Shown here: piece by piece, positions 1 to 17,272 of the stretch
Position numbering within the stretch: the first letter of the stretch is position 1
How the letters are laid out: each line of letters starts with the position of its first letter
Assembly: GCA_963693365.1 (NCBI GenBank)
Contig: CAVNZM010000002.1
Span: 8,529,059 to 8,593,058, forward strand
Length of the DNA: 64,000 nucleotides
Direction: 5' to 3'
Origin: Amoebidium appalachense
Lineage: Eukaryota > Protista > Ichthyosporea
Translations under genes and position numbers: made by a program
The notes under the pieces: generated by a model
What the model saw: the letters and a program-made list of their open reading frames with translations, nothing else
What the model was told of the DNA's origin: nothing
The model's database searches: none

Positions 1-837
1 GTTTCCGTTGACATCCACAAACACTTTGCTCGATGCAATGCCACCGGTTTGAGGAGGGGCAATGCAGAACGAGGCAGCAGCACCGTTGAAGCTCTGCCCA
101 GCAGCCAAAACGACGTTGAAACGAGCGCGCTTGGTTGTGAAGCCAGCGGGAAGAGAGGCAGTGTCAATGGTGATAGTGTATGTGCCCGGAGCCACGTCAG
201 CAAAGGTGTAGTTGCCGCTAGCGTCCGTCTTTGTGGTGCGCACGACCTTGCCGTTGCTGTCGATAAGGCTGATGGTTGCGTTGGCCAAACCGGCCTCACC
301 CACATCCTGTTGGTCGTTGTTGTTGGCGTCGATAAAGGCTGCGGCAGGGCCCACAACGGCGTTTGCAGCTTTGAATGTGAATGCAGCACTTGACTGCTGG
401 AAAGCAACCACAGACGTGGTTACACTGAGGGGGGACGTGGCTACGGCGCTGCTTGGAACCGACGCTGGGTCAAGGGTGACGGTGTAGTTACCGGGGAGGA
501 CATTGCGGGCAGTGAAGCCGCCGGTTCTGCTCGTGCGCACAGACCCGACACTACGCCCATTGCTGTTCAAAAACGAAACCTTCAATCCTGCCACACCGGG
601 TTCGTTTGCGTCCCTCTGACCGTTTCCGTTAAGGTCGGTGAACGCGTCACCTGCAATCATACCGCGCGCTTGCAGGCATGCACCTGTAGGGTTGGTAGGT
701 GGGCGGGCCCAGCCCTTGTTGCAATCCGGCAGAGGGGCAGGGGCTTCGTCATAGGACCGGCGCCCGATAAAGGGTGCACCGTGGGTGGTACCTAACGCGC
801 CAAGAAGCAGCACGGCGCCGCTGAAAAGACTGGCCAT
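1..837 (-). CDS. Secreted protein with tandem SdrD B-like (Cna-B-type) repeats; 3'-partial, no intron within the window
   Basis: Open frame from ATG at 837 to the window edge (absent from the ORF track because it has no stop). Hydrophobic N-terminus MASLFSGAVLLLGALGTTHG followed by RR. Repeats: IAGDAFTDLNGNGQRDANEPGVAGLKVSFLNSNG...PGNYTV, AFIDANNNDQQDVGEAGLANATISLIDSNGKVVRTTKTDASGNYTFADVAPGTYTI, and a third starting VFVDVNGN. Confidence 0.85.
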   Translation of the reverse strand, partial: MASLFSGAVLLLGALGTTHGAPFIGRRSYDEAPAPLPDCNKGWARPPTNPTGACLQARGMIAGDAFTDLNGNGQRDANEPGVAGLKVSFLNSNGRSVGSVRTSRTGGFTARNVLPGNYTVTLDPASVPSSAVATSPLSVTTSVVAFQQSSAAFTFKAANAVVGPAAAFIDANNNDQQDVGEAGLANATISLIDSNGKVVRTTKTDASGNYTFADVAPGTYTITIDTASLPAGFTTKRARFNVVLAAGQSFNGAAASFCIAPPQTGGIASSKVFVDVNGN

Positions 838-968
838 TGTTATTATGACCCGAAAAAAGAGGCAACCACTAAAAAGAAGGCGCTACTGAGCTTCGGTTTT
901 GTCCCTGACTGTTGTGTGTGTGCAGTGCGCCGCAAAAGTTGACTGATGCCTGGTGCAAAGATCGGCGC

Positions 969-976
969 TTTATATA
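969..976 (-). promoter_or_regulatory. Putative TATA box of the SdrD-like gene
   Basis: TATATAAA on the minus strand about 135 bp upstream of the ATG. Confidence 0.45.
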
Positions 977-1450
977 AGCCCCTACCGAGTTGGAGCGGGC
1001 TAATGAAATCATTTGACGAATCAGATTTGTCTTTGGCATCATCGCTGATGATTCCGCCGCGCACGCACGTGACACAGCTTGAGTTGTTGATCATTGATTG
1101 TGCTAATGGGTTCTATTGTATTTTGAAATAATACACTGTACAGATAATCGATGATGGCTGTTTAATATACCGCTACTTTTTGCATAGCAATTTATGTGAA
1201 GAAGCTGTCCCAGGCTATCTGGGTTTCTTCTGGCAAGGCAGTGAAACCTCCCAATTCGCCCTATGGCAATTCCGATCTACACATGGGATAAAAAAGAAGT
1301 TTTTCAGCCAATCGTATACATTGTGTCTAGATTGAAATTCATTGGATGAATGAATCCAGACTGAATATTATTGTAACTTTATTTGGTTAATTTACTCTTT
1401 CGGTCGACATCAAATTCGGTGACCGCCAAGACTCTGTGTTCCCTTCGGCC

Positions 1451-1454
<4 letters not shown>

Positions 1455-1506
<52 letters not shown>
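1455..1506. repeat. (AT)n microsatellite
   Basis: Perfect AT dinucleotide run of about 52 bp. Confidence 0.95.
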
Positions 1507-1508
<2 letters not shown>

Positions 1509-2599
1509 CGTAGGCGCGGCGTAGTACTACGGTGCCCGGCCACTTACGTAAGCCAGTGGTACTTAGCCTTGGAGACTAAGTGAGAGCCTGCCCTCGACAC
1601 CGTGCCTATGACACTGAGCCTTCCAGCTTTCTCAGTTTTGGGAGGAGATTATTACATGTACATGAACCAAAGTACCATGCATGTTGGTCCCATGTTGCCA
1701 TATACAATGTTGTAGTCACGGTCACATGGGGGGCAGTTGTCAGACTTCGGACATGTACATCATGCAAATTTACGGTTAGGGGTGTCTGCCAATCATCAAA
1801 AATGATGGGGTATCATATAAATAGAGATACTATGCACATGTACTGAGATCAAACAATCAACACACATGTTCACAAATGCACGGTGCAAATGCTTTGGACA
1901 TGTACAGGTCCATTCAGAGGGGGGGGGGGGGGGGGGGGGGGTGAGGGGGGAGGGGGGGAGAGAAGGGGGAGGGGGAGCTCGAGGAGCCCGGCGTGGGGGG
2001 GGGCGGGGGGAAGGGGGGAGGTGCCCGCTATCCCGGGCCCCCGGGCCCCTTTTAGCCCACGGTTATAGCTATAATAATTTATGATACGGAATCACGCAGT
2101 TTTGAAAACTCCCTGCAGCTGAAATATTGAATTTGGATCCGGACGTTGTGTGATCGCTGATACTAAAAAGAAAAGTTGCAGGTGCCAAAACCCTTAGATA
2201 TACACTTGGATTTAGATCTGCCTTCTTTTGATTGGTTGAAGTGAGTTAGATGCCATTAGCCAATCAAAGCACAGGCATGCTGGCCAATCATTCCAAACCA
2301 AAAGGGGATGACGAATGACGTCAGGCTTCTGAAGCTGAAGGAGGCTCGTATGTGTAGTATGTGTGGGGGGCGGTTTACTCGCCGATGCATGTCTATCAAT
2401 AAGTGTGACCTGTTAGCTAGCGTAATAGAACCGGAGGTTATGGATTCTTTTCCGCCTCCCTTCCTCAATATATTCGTTCTAAAATGACTATTATAGCTCA
2501 CCTTATCAATGCTGCACAGTATGATATTGTGATACACGGTGCCTTAACTTTCTTTCGGAGCTACCAATGCTAGCCTCTGCTTATCCATAATATGTAATA

Positions 2600-2642
2600 C
2601 TAGCCAATTCTTGGTTCTGCGTGCCCCCTGGCGGGGGCACGC
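2600..2642 (-). mobile_element. Helitron-like 3' terminus
   Basis: GC-rich hairpin GCGTGCCCCC-TGGC-GGGGGCACGC (2619-2642). On the minus strand it is followed 15 nt later by CTAG and then T. No 5' end located. Confidence 0.5.
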
Positions 2643-3569
2643 CTTACGGGTCTGAAGCTTTTGGCACGCACACACACACGCACAAACACCTGTAAACAGT
2701 CACACAGTGACAGAGGCATAACGCATGAACAATCACATACACATCACAAGCATGCGCACGTCATGTACACTTGCACGCACCATGCATACATGTGCACAAA
2801 CACACACACACAAACAGGTTAGTCTTCATGCAACTCAGTGACACTGCAGCTGATTGTGCCCAAGCAGTCACCCATGCATGCATACCCGCCAAACGGCACA
2901 GGCCTAAAATTTTACAAATAGGCCTAGGCCTGAGTCAGCCTGAGTCACCACGTACATGTATACATCCACACGCGCACCCGGCGCACGCAAGCGCGTAGGC
3001 TACTCAGTGTAGTACTCCGTGGCGGTCCCACGTGCACCACGTGCACGGACGCCCTCGGAGCTCCGCCGCTCAGGCACGGACAGGCAGGCGCTGATCATGA
3101 GCCTGACGGCAGCTGCATAGGATCTAGATCTAGATCTCCTGGGCCAATCATTGAGAGATTTGCCAGAGAATCTTCAAAACTTTGATCTTGTAGATCCTGT
3201 ATACAGCCGCACACTGGCCGCTGACGCACAGTCTCGAAGAAGTGTGTCACTTACAGGTTTTGATAGGCACTTACCTTTGCGCATGCCATGTTTCCGCGCC
3301 GTACATATAAGATGTTTTTGCTTACCTGATATTCATGTTAGCACAAAGATGAAATCACAAATTAGAAAGCATGGTGCATGTACACATGTGCATCATGTGC
3401 ATGCCTGACTGATCATCCATGTGTCGTTGATCGAATAGACTCTACGCACATCATGTGCGCCGTGCGGGGTAGGGGCACGCACATCATGTGGGCCGTGGAC
3501 GTCATGTCCCGTGTACTTATGACACATATACACATACATGTTGTGCCCACGCACGTAAGGTGCCCATTA

Positions 3570-4345
3570 TGTACGTGAATATGTACGTGAAACTGGCCCA
3601 TTTTCTCATTCATTCAAGAGGCTGTGGAGCTCGTCTCTTGAACACTCATAACAAAAGCCTCACGTTCGTTAGATCTTACGTGAATTCGAACCTGACAGTG
3701 ATATTCAAGAAAATAGGGGAGCCTTGTGTTCCGTTTCAACGATTCGGAACCTGAAAAGACACGGCTCTATGTATGTACAAGGCCACATGTGCACTGCATG
3801 CGCATGAATCCGATGATCGTTGGCACATGCGCATGTAAATGTATCATGAAATTCATAGCATTGTGCATACGGCTATCTATCATCCATTCTTAGATGAATC
3901 ATTATCACGAAGTCGGTGAGATTTATTTGAGATAACTACATTTCAGAATAAATGATGAAATTGTGAGAAAGTATTACGCATGCTGTTGAACGTCCCACTC
4001 TATGTGTGCGCCTGCATGTGACCGCCGCGAGGCTCACGCCCATCATCAGTTGGGTCGTGCTAACCTGTTTGTATGTACGTGAAACGGGCCCATTTATGAT
4101 ACCTGGAGCACGTCCATATGTACGTGAAACTGGCCCATGTTTGATTCAAGGGGTTCGGGGGAACACGTCCATTCCAACTTCAAAACCTGCTCACGTTCGA
4201 TAAGTCTTGCGTCAATCCCATGTTTTGATTCAAGCGGCACGTGCAATATTGAAACTTCAAAACCTGCTCACGTTCGATAAGTCTTGCGTGAACCTTCCCG
4301 TAATATTCAGGAAAACTGTGAATCCTAGGGTTCGTTTTTCACACG
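3570..4345. repeat. Degenerate local repeat array, possibly inside the Helitron-like element
   Basis: ATGTACGTGAAAC(T/G)GGCCCAT at about 3580, 4073 and 4118; ACTTCAAAACCTGCTCACGTTCGATAAGTCTTGCGT at about 4177 and 4254. Confidence 0.7.
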
Positions 4346-4724
4346 AACCGTTAGAGGTTTTGGGATACCGAAATGATAGACATCCCTTGACATTGATGCA
4401 AAAGTTTAGGAGGTTTCCCACGTGCTACTCAGGATCTGACTGCCAGTGACTGGTACCGCTTCTTAGCGAGGCGTTCTATAGAATCTGTACTGAGGGTTGT
4501 CGTATGTATGCTACAACTGCGCTAGATGTTGCTTAGCATGTACATATGTCACGAGCTGCATTTGATTGGCTGCGCTGAAAAACGCAGTAGGCCGTCGAGT
4601 GAGGCTGGGCCCCAGACAGTGTCCACGGCAATAAATAGTGTGTAAACCCCCTTTCGGCCAGGGCAGAAAAATGGCCAGCGCTAAGTGAGAGACGCAAGCA
4701 CGCACACACACGCACGCACGCACA

Positions 4725-4796
<72 letters not shown>

Positions 4797-4800
4797 CACT

Positions 4801-4875
<75 letters not shown>

Positions 4876-5558
4876 ACACACACACACACACACACACACA
4901 TGTGCACACACACACACTGGCACCGCACAAATACACACACATACATAGATAGAGACACACACAGTTCACGAGTGTCACACACACACTCTCCCCCCCCCCC
5001 CCCCCCCCCCCCCCCCCTTTCTCTCTGTCTGTATGTCTCTTTCTATGTGCCTCCATCTCTTTCTCTTTCTCTCTCTCTCGCTCTCCTGGCACCCTCATTT
5101 TCTGCCCCACCCCTCTAGCTCCCCCCTCCCCCCCGGCCTTCCCCCCCTCCCTCCCCCTCTCCGTCTCTCTCTCTCTCGCCATCTCGCCATTAAAAAGAAA
5201 AGTTGCATGTGCCGACCCTACCACAAAACCATGCATGGGCACCCGGAATTCGAATAGGATGTGGGGTTCTTCCTTCGACCAACTGCCCCTCCCCCCCCCT
5301 CCTCCCCCCCCCCCCCACCCCACCCCCCCCCACCCCCTCCCCCCCCCCTCCCTCCCTCTCTCCCTCCCCATATCCCCCCCCCCCCCCCCTCCCCCCAAAG
5401 ACACACACACCCTTCCCCTCCCCCCGGCCCACGTTCCCGAACACACACACACATTTTTTTTCACCTTCCTTGAACCCACACGGATCATGAGCATACACGC
5501 ACGCGCACGCGCAAACACACACACACACACACTACACACACACCACACACCAGGTGCG

Positions 5559-5610
<52 letters not shown>

Positions 5611-5642
5611 GCACGCACGCACACGCACACGCACACACACAG

Positions 5643-5697
<55 letters not shown>

Positions 5698-6575
5698 CAC
5701 ACACGCACACACACAGTTCATTCGCAATGGCACACACATGTACTTAGCCATACAGTGAGATCTGGTTTGTGAAAACCAGCCGGTCATGTATCAGATTCAC
5801 AACTTGCAATTTATATCAACTCAGAAAAAAGATAGGCACATCCCACTATTTAAACGTCATACTATTTTTACGAAGTCTCTTGCCACACTTCTGATGAACA
5901 TTACACACTGTAATATCGTAATACTTATCATACGCTCCCACATACGCGTGCATACCATGACTTAAAATCACACACAAAATGCATTTTTAGAAATCTTCAT
6001 TCCTGCCCTAGTCACTAGGCAAGTAGTAGTTCGCTACAATAACTGACGCACACGGTCGCACTCTAATTGTACTATACCCGGGCCAACAACAGCCACAAAA
6101 AAAGGCTTACACTGTTTTACAAAACTAAGATGTGCATCCAAGTTAGGGCATTTATGGTGCTGTCTGCTGTTATGTAGCGCAAACTTTTAACTCCCCCCCC
6201 CCCCCCCCCCCCCCCCTCCCCCCCTCTTTCTCTCCCTCCCTCCCTAACTTTTCCCTCCTTTCCTCCCCCATCAGCAGAGCCACAGAGCAGAATAGAAGAA
6301 CAGAGCAAATCTCTGAAAAGAAGTTGCGCTCTCAAGGAGACAACAAAGCCAAACAGGAGGTAAACAAACGATGTCAATAACAACCACCACCATAATAATA
6401 ATAAATGAAAAAGTACATAGATTTAAAAAAAAAACAAAAAGACCCAAAAAGTGTTTTGTGGCAGTCTGGCTGCTCGTCCCATCATGCCTTCTTCGACTTC
6501 TGAGATTTCCTCTTTGCCCTCTGTGTGGAATTCCATCTGTAAGAATTTGGATTCATCCCCCGCGCCCCCCCCCCC

Positions 6576-6615
<40 letters not shown>

Positions 6616-7405
6616 CCGCGGTCGAAGTATTGGGTGCAGCAAACATGAACATACAGATGGGTGGAGGTAAGCATACACAGATCCTCACGGAAAGCCCATT
6701 GTGCACTTGAGCGCACAGGCATACTGACTCACGTAGGTACAGCAGAATGTACAAACACAACTCTCACGCAGGCAAGAATATATTTGTATTAAGTGTGCAC
6801 ATTATGTAATGAAAGGACAGGAGTACATGTACACACATGCAAGTATAAGTGCAAAAGAGTCAAACCCCCCACAGAGAAGAACTGAGGGTCAAAACAGAGA
6901 AAACGCAGAGTACACAAACAAGCATACATGTGTCTCTCTTCACCTCGAGTAAACAGCGTAAATCCCGAGTGGGTTTTAAATCGGGATAATGGTGATGGTG
7001 TGTGCGTGTGTGTGTGTGTGTGCATGTGTGTTGTGTGTGTATAGGCCTTTCTGCGCGTGGGAGAATCTTTTGTGTGTTTGTGTCTGTCTCCTGTGTGTGC
7101 ACCTGTCCGCACGCCCCCCCCCCCCCCCCCCCTCCCCCCCCCTCCCCCCCCCCCCCCCTTTCCCCTTTCCCCCTGCCCTTCTTCCTCTTCCACCCCCCTA
7201 CCCCCTACCCCCTCCCCCCTTTCCCCTTCTCCCCCTCCCTTCCCAACCCCCTCCACGAAAGAAAGAAAAGAAAAGAACGAAAAGGAGGGGGGGGGGGGGG
7301 GAGAAGAAAAGAAAACGACTTGATCAGCACAAAGACAATTAAACAAAACATTCGAAATTGGTCTCTTTGATAGGGGTTTAAAATGATGAAGTTGGGGCCC
7401 GGGGG

Positions 7406-7442
<37 letters not shown>

Positions 7443-10271
7443 TTGAAGGAGAGAGCAGGAGGGAGAGAGCGACTGTAGGGGGTCCAAGCACTCGATCTTT
7501 TTAACCCGTAAAAATATGTATGCATCATTCCTGAAGATAAAAAGTCAGGTCAACTGAACGTTCTTCTTATAAGGCCGCATTCCATCTGAAATCACTGATT
7601 GCATGACCCATACCTGGTGATATCTCCCTGGGCAACAAAACGTGTTTTTACGTCTTCTAGGCCAAAATTACAGGTTTTCTTGTTTTTCGATCGTGTTCCC
7701 GTCCGAGGACCCTAACAAGCTAGGTGTCGCTATAAAGCCTAGGATATTTATAACAACTTTTCATAATGCGTCAAAGGCTGTTTACTAATGAAAAACAAGC
7801 TTTAGTGCTCGTTAAAGGTCGTAAGGTCGCAAATTTTAGAAAACGTATTTTGACGTCTTCTAGACTTAGAATCTGGCTCTCTATCACATCGATCGATTTT
7901 ATCATACTTGGCAGATATTGACCGGGGGTCGCGGTGGCAGTCGTAGCTCGAGCGCTGTCTCCCACGGGTGTCCCGTGCAAACCTTTTGAGTTTACTCAGC
8001 GGTATGAATTTTCGAATACAATGCTTGAGTGTGGTACACAGCAGGCTCCTTTATTCATAGCAGGCTGGGCAGGGCCTCACACATGAACATGTGATTGGCC
8101 GGGCAAGGCAGCCTGGCCTGCAAGGCTAAGAAGCCAAAAACAGCGCCACAAGCCCCACAAGGTGCGGCGAAGCAACAGCATCTGTTAGCCTCTCTTAACA
8201 CAATACAACCTATGTACAAAAAGGTCACTCACGGTGAACGACGGGGAAGGCAGGGTTATGAACAGGATGTGCTCGTTGATGTGCAGGGGAAAGTACCAGT
8301 TATAACCTTGGAGGAACCGACTACAGAACGGCGGTTCTGTGCCGTGCACGTAACAAATGTGTGGCTATGAAACGCAGGCGTTGTGAAAAAGGACCCTATG
8401 TAAACAAAAGCACCTTTACAACTTCGAATAGATATGGAACGTCTCTGAAGAGAAACGTCCTCCTGCTGAGCGGGCTGTAGGAGTTGATCGATTGGAATCC
8501 CAGGGAGATATGTCCCAATATTCCCCTTGGGAAAAGAGACTCGCCTGCGACGCAAGGGGCGGGCATGCAAGCAGAGGGGGGGAGGGGAGGGGGGGGGGGG
8601 GGGGGAGGGGGGAGGGGGGGAGGGGGGGAGGGGGGGGGGAGGGGGGAGGGGGGGAGGGGGGGGAGGGGGGGGGGGGGGGGGGATAATCAACACCTTTTTC
8701 ATTGTCTTTTTAAGGGCTGCCACCTGACCGATGCTACTTCCATAGCCCGTGCAAGCGTAGGGGGTGAGGAAGGGGCACGTGGCAAACGGCATGATGTCCA
8801 AATTAGGCAAGTCCTGCACCCCTAACTCCCTGATCGGCGGATGGTGCAAAAAACACGAAATGTCGGCGATCTTTGTCGGCCCACCGAGCACCAGTTTCGT
8901 GACGTGAAGGCATTTTGCGATCGGATCGGCGCTCTCCAGATCGGGGCATACGCTTAGGACCGCCTCTCTGAACGGGTGGTATGGGTGCGATGGGGCCGGG
9001 CCGAGGTTGGTAATGCCCGTGACATCTTCTACAGTAAAAACACGGAGTTTGGGATGGTTGGACAGGGCGATAAAATCCGATTTCACCGCCGTGTTGAAAA
9101 TCTGGAGGTGCGTGAGAGACTTGAGATTGGAAATTACGTGCGTGCGGATGTTTGCGACACCTTTGAGGGCCAGCCTCGACAATGTTTTTGCGCTGCGGCC
9201 GAGAAATTCCGGCTATCCGACGTCCTGTCCCGTGCTCGTGCCATGTATGTTGATCAAAAGAGTCTCAATCGGTCCGATTTGAGATTGGGAACTCCGCCTG
9301 GCATCCCGCGCGATTCAAACAAAAAAAACTTCCAAATTGGTGCACTCGGCCAGATTAGAAATGTCCCCTTCCAACCCGCAAAACTTGGCGAATTTCAATT
9401 TCGGGATAACAGGAAGTTTGCTGCATTTCCGGTACTCATCCCCCTTGATCACAAGCTTCTCCAAATTCTCGCATTCAGCCAACCCTGCCATATCGATTAT
9501 GTCGCCAAAACCCCCGTCTAATTCAAGCTCAATTTTCCGGATTGTCTTTCCGACCGGTCGTGTGATTGCCGGCATATCCAAAACCATATCCGCTGCACCC
9601 ACGGTTATTTCATCCAGGGTTAGAACCTGCAATTTCGGGGTTTTTTGCAACAGCTTTTCCAATTCACCAGAAGCAAAGTGCGTACTGTGAATAGTCAGCG
9701 ATGTCAAATTTTCGTTTTCCTTCCGTATTTTCGCCTTTGCCACCTCGAACCTGCCCAGGGTTAACGATTCCAATTGCGGACATTCGTCCCACGCCTGCGA
9801 CACAAATGTCCACCTTTCCCGGTCTTCGTCGTCCGATCGCTGTATCATTGCTAAATTTTTACACTTTAACACACTCACTATATTCCCAGTCATGCTTTTC
9901 AGTATATTGTATTTGCTCATATACCCACCCAAGACTATCACAGGTTGCACTTTTTCGAGGCTGCCTAGCACACGCCATACATCACCTGACAGGGCGATAT
10001 CGACAACGAGAGTGTAGTTCAGGAAATATTGCATGTCGATCTTTGCCGATCCAATCGCCGATCCCGATATCCTTATGCAAGGAAGAAGGCTGGGATCGCG
10101 AGAGTCACTCTGATTGGCTCCCGGAATGGCAAGTTCGAATAGGCCCGATTGCGCGTCACACGCCAAGTGGTTACAGCGTTTGCACACGGTGGTTAATGTC
10201 TTTCGGTCTTCGATATGCAATTTCCGGATGATCGCAAAAACGATCTCGCCTGGAGTCGATTAAGGAGGCAC

Positions 10272-10310
<39 letters not shown>

Positions 10311-10582
10311 GTACGCGCGCCCGTGTGTGTGTATGTGTGTGTGTGTGCCTGCGTGTGTGTGTGTGTGGGGGGGGGGGGGAGTGCGGGTCTGTGTGTGTGT
10401 GTGTGTGTGTGTGTCGCGTCTGCATTCATCTGTGTTTCAAGAGTGATGGTGGGGGGGGGGGGAAGGGGGAGCGGAGAGGACAAGACATGAGTGTTCAATT
10501 GCTCCCCCCCCCCCCCCCCCCCCCCAAAATGCCCCACCCACCCACCCCACCCCACCCCCTCAACCCCTTCCCCCTCGCTCCC

Positions 10583-10623
<41 letters not shown>

Positions 10624-10864
10624 CCTCTTCGACCCCAGGGGTAAGTGATACACACAGAGTAGCACAAACACACACTGAGACACAGAAAAATGCATAAACC
10701 ACACACACGAACACACATCCGTAGCACCCGCACTCACACGTGCAAGCACAGAGGTCTGGGTATAGGTACTGAAATACGCAACAACAACCCTCACTGCTTT
10801 CTCTTCTCATGTAGAGACCCCGTTTGCCCTATCTGCCTTCATACGCGCCTCCCCTTCTCCCCAA

Positions 10865-11000
<136 letters not shown>

Positions 11001-11473
11001 TCGCGACCTCCCTCCCTCCCCCCAGCCCCGTGCCCTTCCCGTTTTCTTTTGCCTGTCAGTTAATAACACCCACGTGAAGCAAAACATATTCACAGGCACA
11101 CAGCATGATCATACAACGTGCACAAACATACACAAGAGGGTTGCACAGAGCGCCTCCTAGCGTACACATACAATTCCACACCTTCCTTGCTCCTATACAC
11201 ATATAGGTGGGAGCCAACAGCACGTAAGCGTTAAAGAATTAAAGAGAGAGAAAGAGAGTAAGAGCAAGGCTGGGGATGGGAAGAGAGGGAGGGGAGGGCG
11301 GGTAGAAATGAGCGAGATAGTCATGGAAAGAACGAGAGAGGAGATCGAAGAGAGAGAGAGCAAGGCGTGAGGGAGGGAGGGAAAAAGCCGGAAAGGAAGA
11401 GAGGGAAAGCAGGGGCTGCCCGGGAGGTGGGGGGGGGGAGAGGGGGGGGAGGGGGGGGAGGGGGGAAAGGGTG

Positions 11474-11662
11474 GTCATAGAATACGAAGTACACATTCAT
11501 GACAGACAACACAATGCAGAGTGCAAAGCACACGAGAGAGTATGCATAATAAGCAGAGCCTATCCTCAGGGGGGAGCCTCCTAGTCAACCACAGTGACCG
11601 AGTATCAACCCATTCACCTGTTCGACTTAACCCAACTCAAACACTGTTTTTTACTTGAACAC
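11474..11662 (-). repeat. Intronic repeat family, copy 1 (near full length)
   Basis: Minus strand reads GTGTTCAAGT..TGAGTTGGGTT..AGGTGAATGGGTTGATACTCGG..CTGTGGTTGAC..CCCTGAGGATAGGCTCTGCTTATTATGCATACT..GTGTACTTCGTATTCTATGAC; matches 17273-17496. Confidence 0.8.
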
Positions 11663-11900
11663 GGAGAATGTATGCATTAAACGGTTGAAATTGTGGAGCA
11701 GGAGCAATGAAAAAGTCAAGACAAGACACGCAACAAAAATACTAAAATCAGAAATCTAACTCCTAAAAAAAAAAAAGCACAGGATTCAGGCACTTGGCCA
11801 GCGCTGAACAGGCCCCTTCATTAAAAAGAGGGAGAAGGGACGGGGGGTGGGCGAGTGGGCGTGGCGTGGCCCTGGGGGGGGGGGGGGGGGGGGGGGGGGG

Positions 11901-12038
11901 GTTTGAAAGCGGGACACGGTACGAAGTACACATACACGATGAGAGGCATAGTGCAGGATATATGCAAAGGCAAACATTCAAGTATGCAACATCATCAATT
12001 CGCACAGTATGTGTCATAAGGAGAGCCCATCCTCAGGG
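11901..12038 (-). repeat. Intronic repeat family, copy 2 (3' half)
   Basis: CCCTGAGGATGGGCTCT...GTGTACTTCGTACC...TTTCAAAC then poly-C on the minus strand. Confidence 0.75.
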
Positions 12039-12094
12039 AGGGGGAGGGGGGAGGGGAGGGGGGGCAACCGGAGAATAGGAGAGAGCAGGGGATG

Positions 12095-12126
<32 letters not shown>

Positions 12127-12797
12127 GTGAGGTATAGATTACCGGAAAGAAATAACATGCAGGGAGAAGGGGGCGGATGTATTGAGGAAGGGGAGAGGGG
12201 GGGGAAGGAGGGGGGGAAAGAGAAAGAGAAGGGAAGAGGGGGGGGGGGGGGGGGGGGGAGAAGAGAGAGAGAGAGAACAAAGCTTCTGGAGCTTCTTATT
12301 TTTACCATCCTGTATCCCTGTCTCAAAAAAAAGGTGTACATAAAACCTAAATCCCAGTCTCCCGACCACTTCCTTGTGAATCTTAAGCTGTCAGTGCCTT
12401 GCGCCCCTTTATTACTTTCCGTTCTCCCCCTCCAACCCCCCCCCCCTTCCCCCCTCCCTCCCCCCTTTCTTCCCTTCCCCTCCCCCCCCCCCCTCCCCCC
12501 CCCCCCCCCGGAAAAAACTCACACATAAATCCCCACGTCCTGCCCCTTGGAACTTAACTCCTTCCCTTCCAAACACGCACACGTATGCAAGTTCTAAAAG
12601 AGACACATAGGTTCAGACCTTTGCCCCCCACACAAACTAAAAATTGAATTAAAGCCACGCACATGCACTCCCTCCACGCATGCTCCCTTGCACGGGTGTT
12701 TGCACGGACTCACCTTTCGCTTGGTCGGCGATTGGAAAAGTGCCTAGATGAGTTTCCGAGCTCTCCATATTGCCTTCCTTGCCCAAGCTAAAGATGT

Positions 12798-12960
12798 CTT
12801 GTATCTACACTCATCAGAGAAGAGAGATGCATGTGGTATTTGTGTATCCAAACTCACTAGAGAAGGGAGAAGAAGTTGCGGTGTTTTTTGTATCTCTACT
12901 AACTAGAGAAGAGAGATGCATGTGATACTTGTGTATCTGTACTCATGGGAGAAGAGACGT
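12798..12960. repeat. Four-unit minisatellite (about 40-47 bp) between the divergent F-box genes
   Basis: Unit TGTATC-N3-4-CT(C/A)A-N2-3-GAGAAG(A/G)GA recurs four times. Confidence 0.75.
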
Positions 12961-13214
12961 AAAGTTATTATGCCATGTGACTCGTTGCCGTACTTCTTTC
13001 TTCCTTCACGCTGAGACCAAGAGATTGCGCAAACACAAAGTATGCCATGAAAGCCTCACGCACACAACACACACGCGCACAGACACACACACAATTCATC
13101 TATTATTTATTAGTTTGACAAAGCCATATGGCACGTTTCTATAAGCCAACTTCCAACATACTTCACTAGTGGAGTGTAGAGCCAGAAGTAACGTAGACAT
13201 TAACAGACAAGGGA

Positions 13215-16919
<3,705 letters not shown>

Positions 16920-17272
16920 GTGTTGAACCTGCCCTCCTCCCCCCCCCCCCCCCCCCCCCCCCCCCCGAACCACGCCACCACCACACCATCCCACCCCAAC
17001 CCACCCTGCCCCGCCCCACCCCCCTTTTTCCCCCTTGGACTGATGCTGCATTCTTAGATTATAAATGTTACTTTGGCCATTGCGTGTCCTGTTTCCTTCC
17101 CCGTGCGTCTCAATGCGAAGTGGTACTTAGTACCCTTTTCGGTTTTCTTGCCTACCACCCCCCCCCCCCCCCCCCCCCCCCCCTCCCCCATATTTTTCTT
17201 GCTTCTGCTTACTGCTGCAACTTTAACCCCCGGCCTTTCCCACTGCCCTTGCCTGCATAAGCAACCCTGCTC

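Noticed and set aside
8256-8545. Terminal exon of the minus-strand F-box copy
   Set aside because: It has a plausible acceptor, but I found no convincing counterpart downstream of the intact paralogue.
12798-12960. CRISPR-like repeat-spacer array
   Set aside because: The units are degenerate tandem repeats without unique spacers, there are no cas genes, and the context is eukaryotic.
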